From an uncultured Chloroflexia bacterium (lineage in GTDB: Bacteria; Chloroflexota; Limnocylindria; Limnocylindrales; CSP1-4): a DNA stretch of 64,000 nucleotides. The notes below the pieces were generated by a model. The model saw only the letters and a program-made list of their open reading frames with translations, ran no database searches and was not told the origin of the DNA. Location of the stretch: NCBI GenBank assembly GCA_963699965.1, contig CAVOVX010000008.1:202353-266352 (forward strand), in the 5' to 3' direction. A program made the position numbers and the translations under genes. Shown here piece by piece: positions 20,034 through 31,622 of this stretch (positions within the stretch are counted from its first letter, which is position 1; each line of letters starts with the position of its first letter).

Positions 20034-22265
20034 TCACGGCCAGCGCAGGGCTCCGAGCAGGTCGCTGGAGCGGTCCGTCCAGGCGCGCTCGGCCGGTTCG
20101 CCGAGGGACCGCCAGCCCGGCCGGGCCGTCAACCCGGTGAGATCGGCCGGCGACCGGGCGAGGACGACGACATGCGACGAGTCAGCGTCGGCATCGTCCT
20201 GGACCGGCTCGTCGACCCGAGCGAGACCAGCGAGCCCAAGGTCGCGGGCCGCCGCTGCGAGGACCGGCTCGAGGTCGACGTAGCGGTTCGAGACGTTGAA
20301 GGCGACGATCCCGCCAGGTCGTAGTCGGTCGAGATACAACTGGATCGCCTCTCGGGTCAGCAGGTGGACCGGGATGGCGTCCGAGTTGAACGCGTCGACG
20401 ACGACGAGATCGGCGTCGGTCGAGGTCCGGGATGCGAGGCCGAGCCGCCCGTCCCCAACGACCACGTCGATCGCCGGCGCCGAATCGGCCAGGTAGGTGA
20501 ACAGGCGTGGATCCCGGGCGATGGCGACGATCGCCGGGTCGATCTCGTAGAACGTCAGGCTGTCGACCGGCCGTCCGAGCGCGGCGAGCGCCCCGACCCC
20601 GAGGCCCACGACCGATATCCGGGCGGCCGGCGTCCGGGCCTTGACGACCTCGACGACGTCGGCCAGCGGCCCGCCCCGATGGTAGTAGCCGACCGGCTCA
20701 CGCCTGAGATCGACCTGGCGGAAGTGCTGGACGCCCTGGACGGTCGTCCCGGCCAGGAGAGCGTGACGCCCCTCGGCGTCCTCGACGACACGACGCTCGC
20801 CGTAGAACGTGCGCCGTTCGTCGAGCGACGGGGGCACGCCGACGAGCGCGAGACCGAAGACGGCCGCGATCGCCGCCGCGAAGGCGACCGGCCATCGGGC
20901 GAGCCCGAGCAGGAGGCCGAGGAGAAGGGCCCCGAGCAGGACCCCCGGGTGGACGTCAGCTCCGAGCCAGGCCAGCCCGGCAACCAGGGCCACGGCACCG
21001 AGCCCGTAGCCGAGCAGGAACGGGGTCCGGCGGAGGCGCGCGAGCCAGGCTCGTCGCTGGGTGGGTGGGCCGGACTCTGGAGTCGCGGCTTCGGCGTCCC
21101 TGGCACTCGCGCCAGGCGTGCTCCCCCAGCGGAGCGCCAGCGCGACGACCAGGGCCAGCTCGCCCTCGATCGGGACCGGGAGAACGAGCGGCGCCACGAT
21201 CCCGGCGAGGAGCCCTCCGAGCGCACCCCCGGACGCGATCGCGAGGTCGTACCCGGTCAGCCGTTCCGCGCTCGGCCGGGCGATCGCGAGGCGCCCGTGG
21301 CAGACGATCCCCGCGCAGGCAAGCGCTCCGAGCGACACGCCGAACACCGCCCAGATCGGCAGATCGGCGCCGCCGATGAGGCTGATCGCCACTCCAAGGG
21401 CGAGCAGTGGCAGCAGCGCGTTGGCGACCCGCAACCCGATCGGCCGCCCGCCGGCAAAGGCGAGGACGAAGGTCGCGAGGTAGACCGCCAGGGGCACGAC
21501 CCACAGCAGCGGCACCGCGGCGACGTCGGTCGTCAGCTGGGTCGTGGTCCCGATCACGAGGGCGGCCGGCACCGCGGCAAATCCGACCCAGCCGACGACG
21601 GTCGACCGAGCCGGGGGCGGACCGGCGGCGGTCGCCAGACCTGCCTCGGATGGAGCCCTGCGCAGGACCACGATCGCGCCCCCGACCACGAGGGCCACGA
21701 ACGCCAGGTAGCCGAGCCGCCCACAGTCGTGCCTGCTCGCCGAGATCGAAGTTCGGCTCGATGATCGCGGGATAGGCCAGGAGCCCGAGCAGGCTACCCG
21801 CGTTGCTCGCCGCGAACAGACGGACGGCTCCCGCCCGCGCTCGCTCCCCCCGGTCGCGGCCAGCCAGCGCTGGAGGGTCGGCGTCGCCGTGGCCAGGGCG
21901 ACGAACGGGGCCCCGACCGTCACCGCCAGGATGCCGAGCAGCCACAAGGCCGGCGTCGTCCCGCTCGGCGGGGCGGCATCCGACGGGAGCGCAACCGGGA
22001 GGGCCAGCAAGGCCAGCCCGACGACGGCGACCTCGACGAGCGCGGCCCGCCGCAGGCCGAGCCAGCGGATCGCGACATGGGCCAGCCCGTACCCGGCGAG
22101 CAATGCGACCTGGAAGAACACGAGGGCCGTCGTCCAGACGGCGGCCGCCCCGCCATACGTTGGCAGCAGCAGCTTCCCGACCAGCGGCTCGACGAGAAAC
22201 GCGAGCAGGGCGGCGAGCAGTGCGCCGACGACCGTCAGGAGGACCATCGCGGGCCAGTCAACCAC
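20034..22265 (-). CDS. Multi-TM protein fused to spermidine-synthase-like methyltransferase (compensating indels ~21720-21830)
   Basis: LLPTYGGAAAVW, CHGRL, VVGLGVG, YEIDP, GDGR, VDAFNSDAIPVHLLTREA. Confidence 0.88.
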   Translation of the reverse strand: MVDWPAMVLLTVVGALLAALLAFLVEPLVGKLLLPTYGGAAAVWTTALVFFQVALLAGYGLAHVAIRWLGLRRAALVEVAVVGLALLALPVALPSDAAPPSGTTPALWLLGILAVTVGAPFVALATATPTLQRWLAATGGSERGREPSVCSRRATRVACSGSWPIPRSSSRTSISASRHDCGRLGYLAFVALVVGGAIVVLRRAPSEAGLATAAGPPPARSTVVGWVGFAAVPAALVIGTTTQLTTDVAAVPLLWVVPLAVYLATFVLAFAGGRPIGLRVANALLPLLALGVAISLIGGADLPIWAVFGVSLGALACAGIVCHGRLAIARPSAERLTGYDLAIASGGALGGLLAGIVAPLVLPVPIEGELALVVALALRWGSTPGASARDAEAATPESGPPTQRRAWLARLRRTPFLLGYGLGAVALVAGLAWLGADVHPGVLLGALLLGLLLGLARWPVAFAAAIAAVFGLALVGVPPSLDERRTFYGERRVVEDAEGRHALLAGTTVQGVQHFRQVDLRREPVGYYHRGGPLADVVEVVKARTPAARISVVGLGVGALAALGRPVDSLTFYEIDPAIVAIARDPRLFTYLADSAPAIDVVVGDGRLGLASRTSTDADLVVVDAFNSDAIPVHLLTREAIQLYLDRLRPGGIVAFNVSNRYVDLEPVLAAAARDLGLAGLARVDEPVQDDADADSSHVVVLARSPADLTGLTARPGWRSLGEPAERAWTDRSSDLLGALRWP

Positions 22266-22320
22266 ACCACTGGTCGGCCGCGAGGGTCGGTGGGCCCAAG
22301 GCCCGCTAGACTCGCCCGGA

Positions 22321-22784
22321 ATGGACGAGCTCGCCCTGCAGGATCGCTACGGAGCCGACGACGTCTGCTTCGGCTGCGGTCCGCGCAACCCGCGCGGCCT
22401 CCGGATCAAGAGTCGGCTCGTCGGCGACGAGGTCGTCGCGGACTGGTCACCCGGTCCGGACATCGAGGCGTTCCCGGGGATCGTCAACGGCGGCATCATC
22501 GCCACTCTGCTCGACTGCCACTCGTGGTGGACGGCGGCGCACCGGATGATGGTGGCCGGCGCCCTCGACCGGCCGCCGGTCATGGTGACCGCCGACCTGC
22601 GCATCCAATACCACCAGCCGACCCCGAGCGGCCAGCCCGTCCGGATCACCGCCCGGATCGCCGAGACGACGGGGCGACGGGCCGTCGTCGACGCGGTCCT
22701 CAGCTCCGCGGCGTGACGACCGCCACGGCCACCTCGACCTTCATCACCGTCGGACCCGATCACCCGGCGTACGGCACCAGGTAG
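22321..22784 (+). CDS. PaaI/hotdog thioesterase (frameshift ~22710)
   Basis: CFGCGPRNPRGL, PGIVNGGIIATLLDCH. Confidence 0.88.
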
Positions 22785-22796
22785 GAGATCAACGAC

Positions 22797-23361
22797 ATGG
22801 CGTTGCGACGATTCTTCGGCGGCTCCCCTTCTCCGCAGACCGAGGTCGTGGAGCGCCCGCCGGCCCCGCCCTCCGAGACGGAGACGGTCCGCCGGATCGT
22901 CGGCGAACTGGAGTCGTTGCCGCCGGACCGGGCCCGGCACCTGGCCGGCTTCGCCTACACCCTCGGCCGGGCCGCCAACTCGGACGGCGACATCAGCGAC
23001 GACGAGACCGCGCTCATGGAGAAGATCGTCATCGAGCACGGCCGGATCCCCGAGGCCCAGGCCATCCTCGTCGTCGAGATCGCCAAGCAGCAGGAGCGTC
23101 TCTTCGGCGGCACCGAGGACGTACCTCGTCACCCGCCAGTGGGTCGAAGGGACGTCGCTCGAAGAGCGCCTCGCCCTGCTCCGCTGCTGCTTCCTCGTCG
23201 ACGCCGTCGACGACTCGATCACGGCCGAGGAGAGCGCCGTCCTCAACGAGATCGCCAACGAGCTCCTGCTCGACGACGCGACGATCGCCAGCGTCCGAGC
23301 CGAGTTCACCGACCGGTACGCCGTCGTCAAGGCGATGCGGGCGGAGATGGCCAAGCACTGA
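22797..23361 (+). CDS. TerB-like protein (frameshift ~23121)
   Basis: ANSDGDISDDE and, after the shift, VDDSITAEESAVLNEIANEL; SD AGGAG. Confidence 0.78.
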
Positions 23362-23386
23362 CGATCGGCCCCGGTCGGCCGACCGA

Positions 23387-26300
23387 TCAGGCGAGGCGGA
23401 GGTCGATCGCGCTCGGTCCGAGTCGACGCCCGACCTCGGCCAGCAGCTCGGAGTCATAGGCGACGCCGGTCCGCAGCTCCATCGGGAGATCGTCGCCGCC
23501 TCTGCCACCCGAGACGTGGATCACCACGCGGGTCGAGCCGGGGTGGGCCCGGATGACCTGCCGGAACGTCTCCATCGCTCCTTCGGCACCCGCGCCGCCG
23601 GCGAACCGGACGTGGAGGACCTGGTCACGGGCCGCCTCGACCTGGACGGTCGCCGCGGCCGCTGCCTCGATCACGAGCGCCGTCGCCTCGTCGGGCAGGG
23701 GCGGTTCCTCGTCCTCCGGGCCGAGTCGCCCGAGGTCGGCCGGTTCGAGGTCGCTCGGCACCGGCGGGGCCGGGTCGATCCGCGGGAGATCGGCGACGGG
23801 TCCGTTCGGGCGGAGGGGGCTGGCGGCGCCGGTGCGGAGCGGGCTCACGATCGCCACCGGGGCCGCGCCCGGCGTCGCCGGCCTGCCGCTCGCTGGCACC
23901 GGGGCCGGGCCTGGGCCGACCGGGACGGGTTGCCTATCGCCGGTCCGCGATCCTGGCGGGCCGGCGGGCCGGCGGTCGCCGTTCCCGTAGCCGTTCCCCG
24001 ACCCGAACCCGGTCGCCGCCCCGGCCGGGCGGCCGCCGCGTCCACGTGATCGATCGGCGGCCGCGACTTCACGCGCGAACCCCTCGGGTCCGCGCGTCGC
24101 CGCGTCGTCCCAGTCGGTGGCGAGGTCCGCCAGCAGCGAGACGTCCTCGCCCTTGTGGTCGACCCGGCCGGCGATCAAGCAGGATCCGCCCCTCCGTCCA
24201 GGTCGGGCGGGTCTCCTCGTAGAGGCGCGGGAAACACGACGACCTCGATCGCGCCCTGGAGGTCCTCGAGGCTGACGATCGCCATCGTCGAGCGCGCCTT
24301 CGTGATCACCATCCGGACGCCGGTCACGATCCCGCCGACGACGATTCGCTGGCCGTCGAGCGACTCGTCGCGCAGGTCGCCCGAGTAGGCGGTGACGTAC
24401 GGGCCGATCGCCTCGGCGATCTCGCCGAGCGGATGATCGGACAGGTACAGCCCGAGCAGCTCCTTCTCCCAGCGCAGCCGCTGCCGGGTCGGCGTCTCGG
24501 GCACGTCCGGCAGCGGGGCGTCGAGCGCGGCCGGCTCGGCCGCCATCTCGAACAGCGACGTCTGGCCCGTGATCCGATCGCGCTGGGCGGCTCCGCCCGC
24601 GGCGAGCGCGTCGTCGAGGCCGAGGAGGATCTGGGCGGGGTGACCGAACGCGTTGAGGGCGCCCACCCGGGCGAGCGCCTCGAGGACCTTCCGGTTCGCC
24701 AGGCGGAGGTCGATCCGCGAGCACAGGTCGGTCAGCGAGCGGAACTCGCCGCCCTCTTTCCGGGCGGCGATGATCGACTCGATCGCGCCCTGGCCGACGT
24801 TCTTGACGGCGAGCAGCCCGAACCGGATCGCGTCGCCCTCGACGGTGAACTCGACGTCGGACGGTGGACGTCCGGCGGCAGGACCTCGATCCCGAGCCGG
24901 CGGCACTCGGCGATCGCCGCCGCCACCCGCTCCGACGTGTCGCGGACGGCGGTCAGGACGCGGTCATGTACTCGACGGTGTAGTTCGCCTTGAGATAGGC
25001 CGTCTGGTAGGCGACCAGGCCGTAGCACGTGGCGTGGGCCTTGTTGAAGCCGTAGCGCTCGAACGGCTCGAACGCCTTGAACACGGCATCGATCGTCTGG
25101 GCCGGGACGCCACGCTCCGCGGCCTGGGTCACGAACTGCTCCTTCTGGGCGCGCAGGACCGACGACTTCTTCTTGCGGATGGCGTAGCCCAGGGTGTCGG
25201 CCTCGGGCCCGGTGAACCCACCGAGGGCGATCGCCGAGGCCATGATGTCTTCCTGGTAGACGAAGATCCCGTACGTCTTCTCGAGGTACGGCTCGAGCAA
25301 CGGATGGAGGTAGGTGACCGGCTCCTGGCCGTGCTTCCGACGGATGTAGGCCGGGATGTTGTCCATTGGGCCCGGGCCGGTACAGGGCGACCATCGCGGC
25401 GAGGTCGTAGACCGACGTCGGGCGGAGCTCGCGGATGTAGCGCCGCATGCCCGCCGACTCGAGCTGGAAGATGCCGGTCGTCTCGCCGCTCGCCAGCAGC
25501 TCGAACGTCGTCGGCGTCGTCGAGCGGGATCGCATCGAGGTCGATCTCGATCCCGCGGTTGGCCTGGACCAGCTCGACCGCCTGGCGCAGGATCGTCAGG
25601 TTCGACAGGCCGAGGAAGTCGAACTTGAGCAGCCCGAGCGACTCGACGGCGTGCATCTCGAACTGGGTCATGAGCCCGTCCGAGTTCGTCGCCCGCTGGA
25701 GCGGCATGAGCTCGGTCAGCGGCTCGCGACTGATCACGACGCCGGCGGCGTGGGTGCTCGCGTTGCGGGTGACGCCCTCGAGCTGGCGGGCGAGGTCGAC
25801 GAGCTTGCCGACCTGTGGATCGGCCTCGACCAGCTCGCGGAACTGCGGGCGCGATCTGGAGCGCCTCGTCGAGCTTGATCCCGAGCTGGTTCGGGACGGC
25901 CTTGGCGATCCGGTCGACCTCGCCGTAGCTCATCCCGAGGACCCGCCCGACGTCGCGGATCGCCGCCCGGGCGAGCATCGTCCCGAAGGTGATGATCTGG
26001 GCCACGTGGTCCTGGCCGTACTTCCGCCCGACGTAGGCGATGACCTCCTCGCGCCGGCCGTCCTCGAAGTCGACGTCGATGTCGGGCATCGTCACCCGAT
26101 CGGGGTTGAGGAACCGCTCGAACGGCAGCTGGTAGAGGATCGGGTCGACCGGGGTGATCCCCAGGGTGTAGGTCACGATCGAGCCCGGGGCACTGCCCCG
26201 GCAGGTCGTCTGGATCCGCTGCTCGCGGGCGAACCGGACGAAGTCGGCCACGATCAGGAAGTAGCCGGCATAGCCCATCGAGGTGATCACCCCGAGCTCG

Positions 26301-27289
26301 TAGTCGAGCCGCTCCTGGAGCTCGAGCGTCACCGTCCCGTAGCGCAGCTCGAGGCCGCGCTGGCACTCCTTCGCCAGCCAGCTCTCGACGGTCTCACCGT
26401 CGGGCACCGGGAAGTGCGGGATCCGGAGCTGCCCGAGCGGGAGCTCGAGGCCGCCGGTCATCTCGGCGATCCGGCGGGTGTTCAGCAGCGCCTCGGGCTG
26501 GTCGGGGAACAGCGCCGCCATCTGGGCCGCCGACTTGAGGAAGAAGTCGTGGGTGTCGAACTTCAGCCGGCCCGGCGTGTCGAGGTTGTTGCCGGTCCCG
26601 ACGCAGAGCAGGACGTCGTGGGCCTCCGACTGGGCCTCGTGGACGTAGTGAAGGTCGTTGGTCACGACGAGCGGCAGGCCGGCCTCAGGCGCGAGCCGGA
26701 GCGAGCTGCTCGTTGAGCCGGCGCTGCTCCGCCAGCCCGTGGTCCTGGAGCTCGAGGAAGAACCCGTCGCGGCCGAAGATGTCGCCGTACTCGCCGGCCA
26801 GCTTCCGGGCGTAGCTCCCAGTCGTCGAGTCTCGAGCGCCCGCGGGATCTCGCCGCCGAGGCAGGCCGACAGGCCGATCAGGCCCTGGCTGTGGCGGGCG
26901 AGGTGCTCGCGGTCGATCCGCGGCTTGTAGTAGTAGCCGTCGAGGTGGGCGTCGGTGACCAGCCGGCAGAGGTTGCGGTAGCCGACGTCGTCCTTGGCCA
27001 GCAGGATCAGGTGGAACGGCTGGGCGTCGGCCTTGCCCTCCTTGTCGGCCATCGACCGGCGGGCGACGTAGGTCTCGACGCCGATGATCGGCTTGATCCC
27101 CTTGGCGGTCGCCGCCTGGTAGAAGGCCACCGCGCCGTAGAGCGCGCCGTGATCGGTCAGGGCGAGGCTGTCGAAGCCCTGCTGGGCCGCCGAATCGACC
27201 AGGTCGTTGATCCGTCCCAGCCCGTCGAGGAGGCTGAACTCGGAGTGGACGTGGAGGTGGGTGAAGTCGTTCGGGGCGATGGTCGTCAC
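23387..27289 (-). CDS. dnaE: DNA polymerase III alpha subunit (many frameshifts)
   Basis: PHP HLHVHSEFSLLDG/TDHG, RGSAPGS, FERFLNPDRVTMPDIDVDF, KFDFLGL, YGFNKAHA, IRFGLLAVKNVG, OB fold LEDLQGAIEVVVFP. Confidence 0.97.
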
Positions 27290-27489
27290 GGGAGGTCAAT
27301 GGTAGCCGGGCGGGCAGGACCGAGCTGGCTGCCATCATGAACAGTCGCCGGAGTTTCGTGCGCGGACCGTTGCCCGTCCCGGTCGGGGCCCCAACACTTT
27401 GCTGCCCGCGCGCGAATCGCGGCCGGGTGTAAGGGTGGCCGGCGCAAATGGGTTGCCAATTCAGAGCTTCTCTCCGCCCGATCGAATGA

Positions 27490-30109
27490 TCAGTCGGGGA
27501 GGCTGCTGGCGTATTCGACGACCTCCTGGAGCGTCATCCGCCGGCCGTCGGCGAGGGCCTCGTCCACCGCATCGTCGCCCAGCGCGTCACGAGCGGAGTT
27601 CTGCACATGGCCAAGCCCAATCCGGGTCAGCGGCGCGGACGCCCCTGTCGATTCTCTGATTGCCGCGGCGGCGCCCATCATGCGGAGCGCCTCGGCATGG
27701 CGACCGGCGGAGGACTCCAGCGTCGAGATCACCTCGAACAGTCCGCCCATGCTCGGGAGGTTCCCGGCCTCGGCGAAGAGAGCGAGTGCCTCTCGATACG
27801 CAACCCTGCCCGCCTGGTACTGCCCAAGCAGGCCATGCACTTTCGCCAAGCCGATAAGCGCACCTCCGAGATCGAAGCTGTTTCCGTGAGCGCGGAAGAA
27901 CGTCAGCGCCTCCTCGAGGAGAGTGAGCGCACTCTGCGGATCGCCGAGCGTCGCCATCATGCTGCTTAGGTAGAGCTGGCTCTGCGCCACCAGATCCCAG
28001 CGTCCGATCTCCCGCGCCAGCGCAAGGCTGGCCTCCAGGCGGCGGCGAGAATTCTTCAATGTCGCCGCGCATCACGGGCACGGAGGACAGGTTGTAGAGC
28101 GCCTCGGTCTCGCCCTCGCGATCTCCCATCTCGCGGTAGAGGTTCAAGGCAAATTCGTAAGCCGTTTGCGTCGCGTCGGCGTCGGACAGCCAGTAGGCGA
28201 GTCCGCCAAGGGCTGTGTGCGCCTTTGCCCGGGTCGCGGGTGTGGCATCGGGCTTCAACGCGAAGAACGCCTCGAGCCATGAGCGGCCCTCGCGCAGGTA
28301 ACCACGCTGGAACCAGAAGCGCCACAGCGCGGCCGCGAGCCGCAGACCTCCCTCGGCGTCGCCCACATCGAGAGCAAGCCTCAGCGCCCCTCGAATGTTG
28401 TCGTGCTCGCGCTCCAGACGGTCAAGCCAGGCGGACTGGTCTGGCTCCATGAAATGGGGTTCCGCCTCCTCGGCAAGGTCGCGGTAGTAGTGCAGATGGC
28501 GCCGACCGATACTGTCCTGGCTGCCGTCGAATGCGAGCCGGTCGCGCCCGTACTCGCGGATGGTTTCCAGCATCGCGAAGCGCGACTCGCCGGCGTCGCT
28601 TCTCGCTTGAACCAGGCTTTGTTGCACTAGCGAGGCGATCCCGTCGAACGTGTCGAGCCCGATCTCTCCAGCGGGGTTGCAGATGGTCTCGGCCGCCTCG
28701 AACGTCCAGCCACCCGCAAAGATCGCGAGGCGCGCGAAGAGCGTCCGTTCGGCGGCATGCAACAGCACGTAGCTCCATTCGATCGTCCCCCGCAGGGTCC
28801 GCTGCCGTGCGGGCATGTTGGTCGGGCCCGTTGTCAGCACTGGGAGGTGTTGTGCGAGCCGAGCAACGATCTCCCTCGGCTCCAGCAGTCGCACCCGGCT
28901 GGCGGCCAACTCGATCGCGAGCGGCAGGCCATCGAGCCGGATACAGATCTCCGCCACCTCCCGAATGTTCTCGTTCGTGACCGAGAACGATGCCTTTGCC
29001 GCCCGAGCGCGCGCGATGAACAGGGCCACCGACTCGTACTGCGTTAGTTGGTCGAGATCGGCCTCGCCCCCTGGTTCCGGCAGCGAGAGGGGCTGGACGA
29101 CGAATTCCTGCTCCCCGTACAAATTCAGAGTGCTCCGGCTGGTGACAAGCACCTTCAGCCGAGGCGCATCCATCAGGAGACTCTTGACTACTTCGCTCGC
29201 GGGCAGGAGGTGCTCGAAATTATCGAGAACCAGCAGTAGTTCCCGCGGCTCGAGATGCGCCTTGAGCTGCTCGACGATCGGTCGGTCCGCCTGCTCCCTC
29301 AGGCCCAGGCTGCGCGCGACGCTGGTACCAACCAGGGCGGGATCTGTCAGCGGCGCGAGATCGACGAAGAAGACGCCATCGCCGAACGACGAGTCCAGGC
29401 CGGCGGCGATTCGAATGGCCAGCCGCGTCTTTCCAGTGCCGCCGGGACCAGTCAGGGTCAACAGGCGTGTTGTTGCCATGAGCCGAGTGGCATCGTCGAC
29501 CTCGCGCTGCCGACCGACGAAGCTAGTCAACTCTGTGGGAAGCGTCCTCCGCGTGTCGAGAGACCGAATTGGAGGAAAGTCCTGCTGAAGCCCGGCGATG
29601 ACCAGTTGCGAGACCTGCTCGGGCTGGTTGAGATCCTTGAAGCGATGAGGGCCGAGGTCACGCAGCGCCGCGCCGACCGGCAACGCGGCCTCGACCAGCG
29701 CACGGGTGCCCGCCGAGAGCAGTACTTGACCGCCGTAGCCAGCGGCCGCGATCCGCGCCGCGCGGTGTACGTCCAGGCCGACGTAGCTGTCGCCGCCCAG
29801 CCGTCCTTCGCCGGTGTGCAGGCCCATCCGCACCCGCACCGGATAGCCGTCCGGCCAGTCCTCTTGGGTCAGGCCGCGTTGTGCCGCGACCGCTGCCTCG
29901 ACCGCCTCGATGGCAGAGGGGAAGACGGCGAAGAAGGCGTCGCCCTCCGTGCTGATCTCGATGCCGTGGTGCTCGACAAGGGCTTGGCGCACGATGGCGG
30001 CGTGGCGTTCCAGCACACCTAGGTAGTTGGTGCCGAGCGCCTGGAGCAGGTGCGTAGACCCTTCAATGTCCGTGAACAGAAACGTGACGGTTCCGATCGG
30101 GAGGGGCAC
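27490..30109 (-). CDS. Class III nucleotide cyclase - STAND ATPase - TPR protein (frameshift ~28057)
   Basis: FLFTDIEGST, EGDA, RMGLHTGE, GPGGTGKTRLA, LVLDNFEH, LDGLPLAIELAA, C-terminal TPR-like helices. Confidence 0.92.
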
Positions 30110-30334
30110 GGTCAGATCATGCGACCCGGGTCGTCTGGGGTCCAGACCATCGAACGTCCAATTGGCGGCCTGAGATCCGGAGGCCGTCCATCAGCGCATT
30201 GGCGCATGGGACCAGCCAGCCGCGCCAGCGAGCGGGAATGTCGCAGGAAGGCGACCAGTCGGTCGCTCAGCGAACTGGTCGCTCCCACTGGCCCTGGAAA
30301 TCACGGAACGCCAGCGACGAACCCTCGAGCAACA

Positions 30335-30425
30335 TTGCATGACTCTCTTAGGCAGGCGGGTCGCCGCGCGGAGGCGGATGCGGCATTCCAACAAGCCCTG
30401 GATCTCTACCGACAGAGCCGGGCGG
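30335..30425 (+). pseudogene. Remnant of a TPR-containing gene
   Basis: Isolated peptide LHDSLRQAGRRAEADAAFQQALDLYRQ resembles a terminal TPR helix pair; no plausible start. Confidence 0.45.
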
Positions 30426-30432
30426 CCTCAGG

Positions 30433-31128
30433 TCAGTTGACCGTGAACTCGAACCTCTGGGCGAGCGACAGGCGCGCGGGCCATCGCCACGGCGCCACGG
30501 TGGCCGCTCCAAGGGATGAGCCCGACGTCTCCTTGGCCAACTCGTGGACTTCCGGATGGAACGGCAGCGTGTGGGGCTTGAGGTCCCAGATCAGGGCCCG
30601 GCCTCCCGGGGCCAGGACACGAGCGATCTCGTCCAAGCCGGCCATCCGATCAGACCAGTGATGCATCGAGAAGGTGCTGACCACCACGTCGAAGCTGCCG
30701 TCATCGAACGGCAACGCGGCGACATCGCCGACAACGAACGACGGCAGTCGCCCGAGGTCGACCGATGACTTGGGCGCGTTCGTCCGGGCCAGCTCGATCA
30801 TCGCCGGGTCGAGGTCGAGCCCGGTCACATCCAGCCCGTACGACTGCGCGAGTCGGGTCGACAGCAAGCCTGGTCCGCACCCGACCTCGAGGATCCTCCC
30901 GCCCCTCGGCGCGGACGCCGCCACGTCGGCGGCGATCCCCCGAAACAGGGAGCCGAACGCGAGTCGGCTGAGCACGTCGTAGGCTCCAACGTGACCAATG
31001 AGCACGCCGCCGGGCACGGCTCGACCGATGGCCACTCGCCGGCTATGCCGGATCAACGCGACGGCACCAATGACGCTCAACGTTGCAAGGACGGCCGCTC
31101 TCGCGCGACGCCCCGTCAGCATGGTCAT
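30433..31128 (-). CDS. Class I SAM-dependent methyltransferase with N-terminal hydrophobic segment
   Basis: ILEVGCGPG, GLDLDPAM, GDVAALPFDDGSFD, RVLAPGG. Confidence 0.9.
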   Translation of the reverse strand: MTMLTGRRARAAVLATLSVIGAVALIRHSRRVAIGRAVPGGVLIGHVGAYDVLSRLAFGSLFRGIAADVAASAPRGGRILEVGCGPGLLSTRLAQSYGLDVTGLDLDPAMIELARTNAPKSSVDLGRLPSFVVGDVAALPFDDGSFDVVVSTFSMHHWSDRMAGLDEIARVLAPGGRALIWDLKPHTLPFHPEVHELAKETSGSSLGAATVAPWRWPARLSLAQRFEFTVN

Positions 31129-31150
31129 GACCGCCAGGGCCGAGCGCTTT

Positions 31151-31549
31151 TCAGGCGTGCCCCTCGTCAGCTTCAGCCTCCGCCCTCGTCCGATGGATCG
31201 TGCCCGGGGCGTGCTCCGGCGGGGCGTAGACCGTATAGAGCTTGAGGTCCACGGTCCCCTCGTTCACGAAGTTGTGGCGCATGCCTGCGGGCACGTGGAC
31301 CATCCGACCGGGTGACACCGGGCTGCGTCGGCCCTCGAGAACGGCCACGCCTTTGCCCTCGACGAAGACGAGGACCTGGTCCACGTCGTGGTGGACCTCC
31401 TCGCCGATCTCTCCCTTCGGCGGGATGCTCATCACGACGACCTGGGCGTGCGGCCCGGTCGATACGACCTCGCGGAAGAACGAATTGCGCTTGGCACGGG
31501 CAACGATGTCCTCGTTGAACGGCAGGCTGGCTCTCTGGGCGGCGAGCAT
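31151..31549 (-). CDS. Cupin domain protein
   Basis: GEEVHHDVDQ...VPAGMRHNFVN...YAPPEH; SD AGGAGG. Confidence 0.9.
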   Translation of the reverse strand: MLAAQRASLPFNEDIVARAKRNSFFREVVSTGPHAQVVVMSIPPKGEIGEEVHHDVDQVLVFVEGKGVAVLEGRRSPVSPGRMVHVPAGMRHNFVNEGTVDLKLYTVYAPPEHAPGTIHRTRAEAEADEGHA

Positions 31550-31622
31550 GATGGCGACCTCCTTGGCCCTGCGAGTCTGCGCCTGGGGGACCGTGCGCGA
31601 CAGAGCCGAACGGCCTCCGGGC

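Noticed and set aside
23387-27289. Split dnaE / intein or programmed frameshifting
   Set aside because: No intein motifs or slippery sites seen; the breaks look the same as those in neighbouring genes.
27375-27395. CCCGGTCGGGGCCCCA resembling a tRNA 3' end/att site at the islet edge
   Set aside because: No T-loop, no cloverleaf and no partner repeat found.
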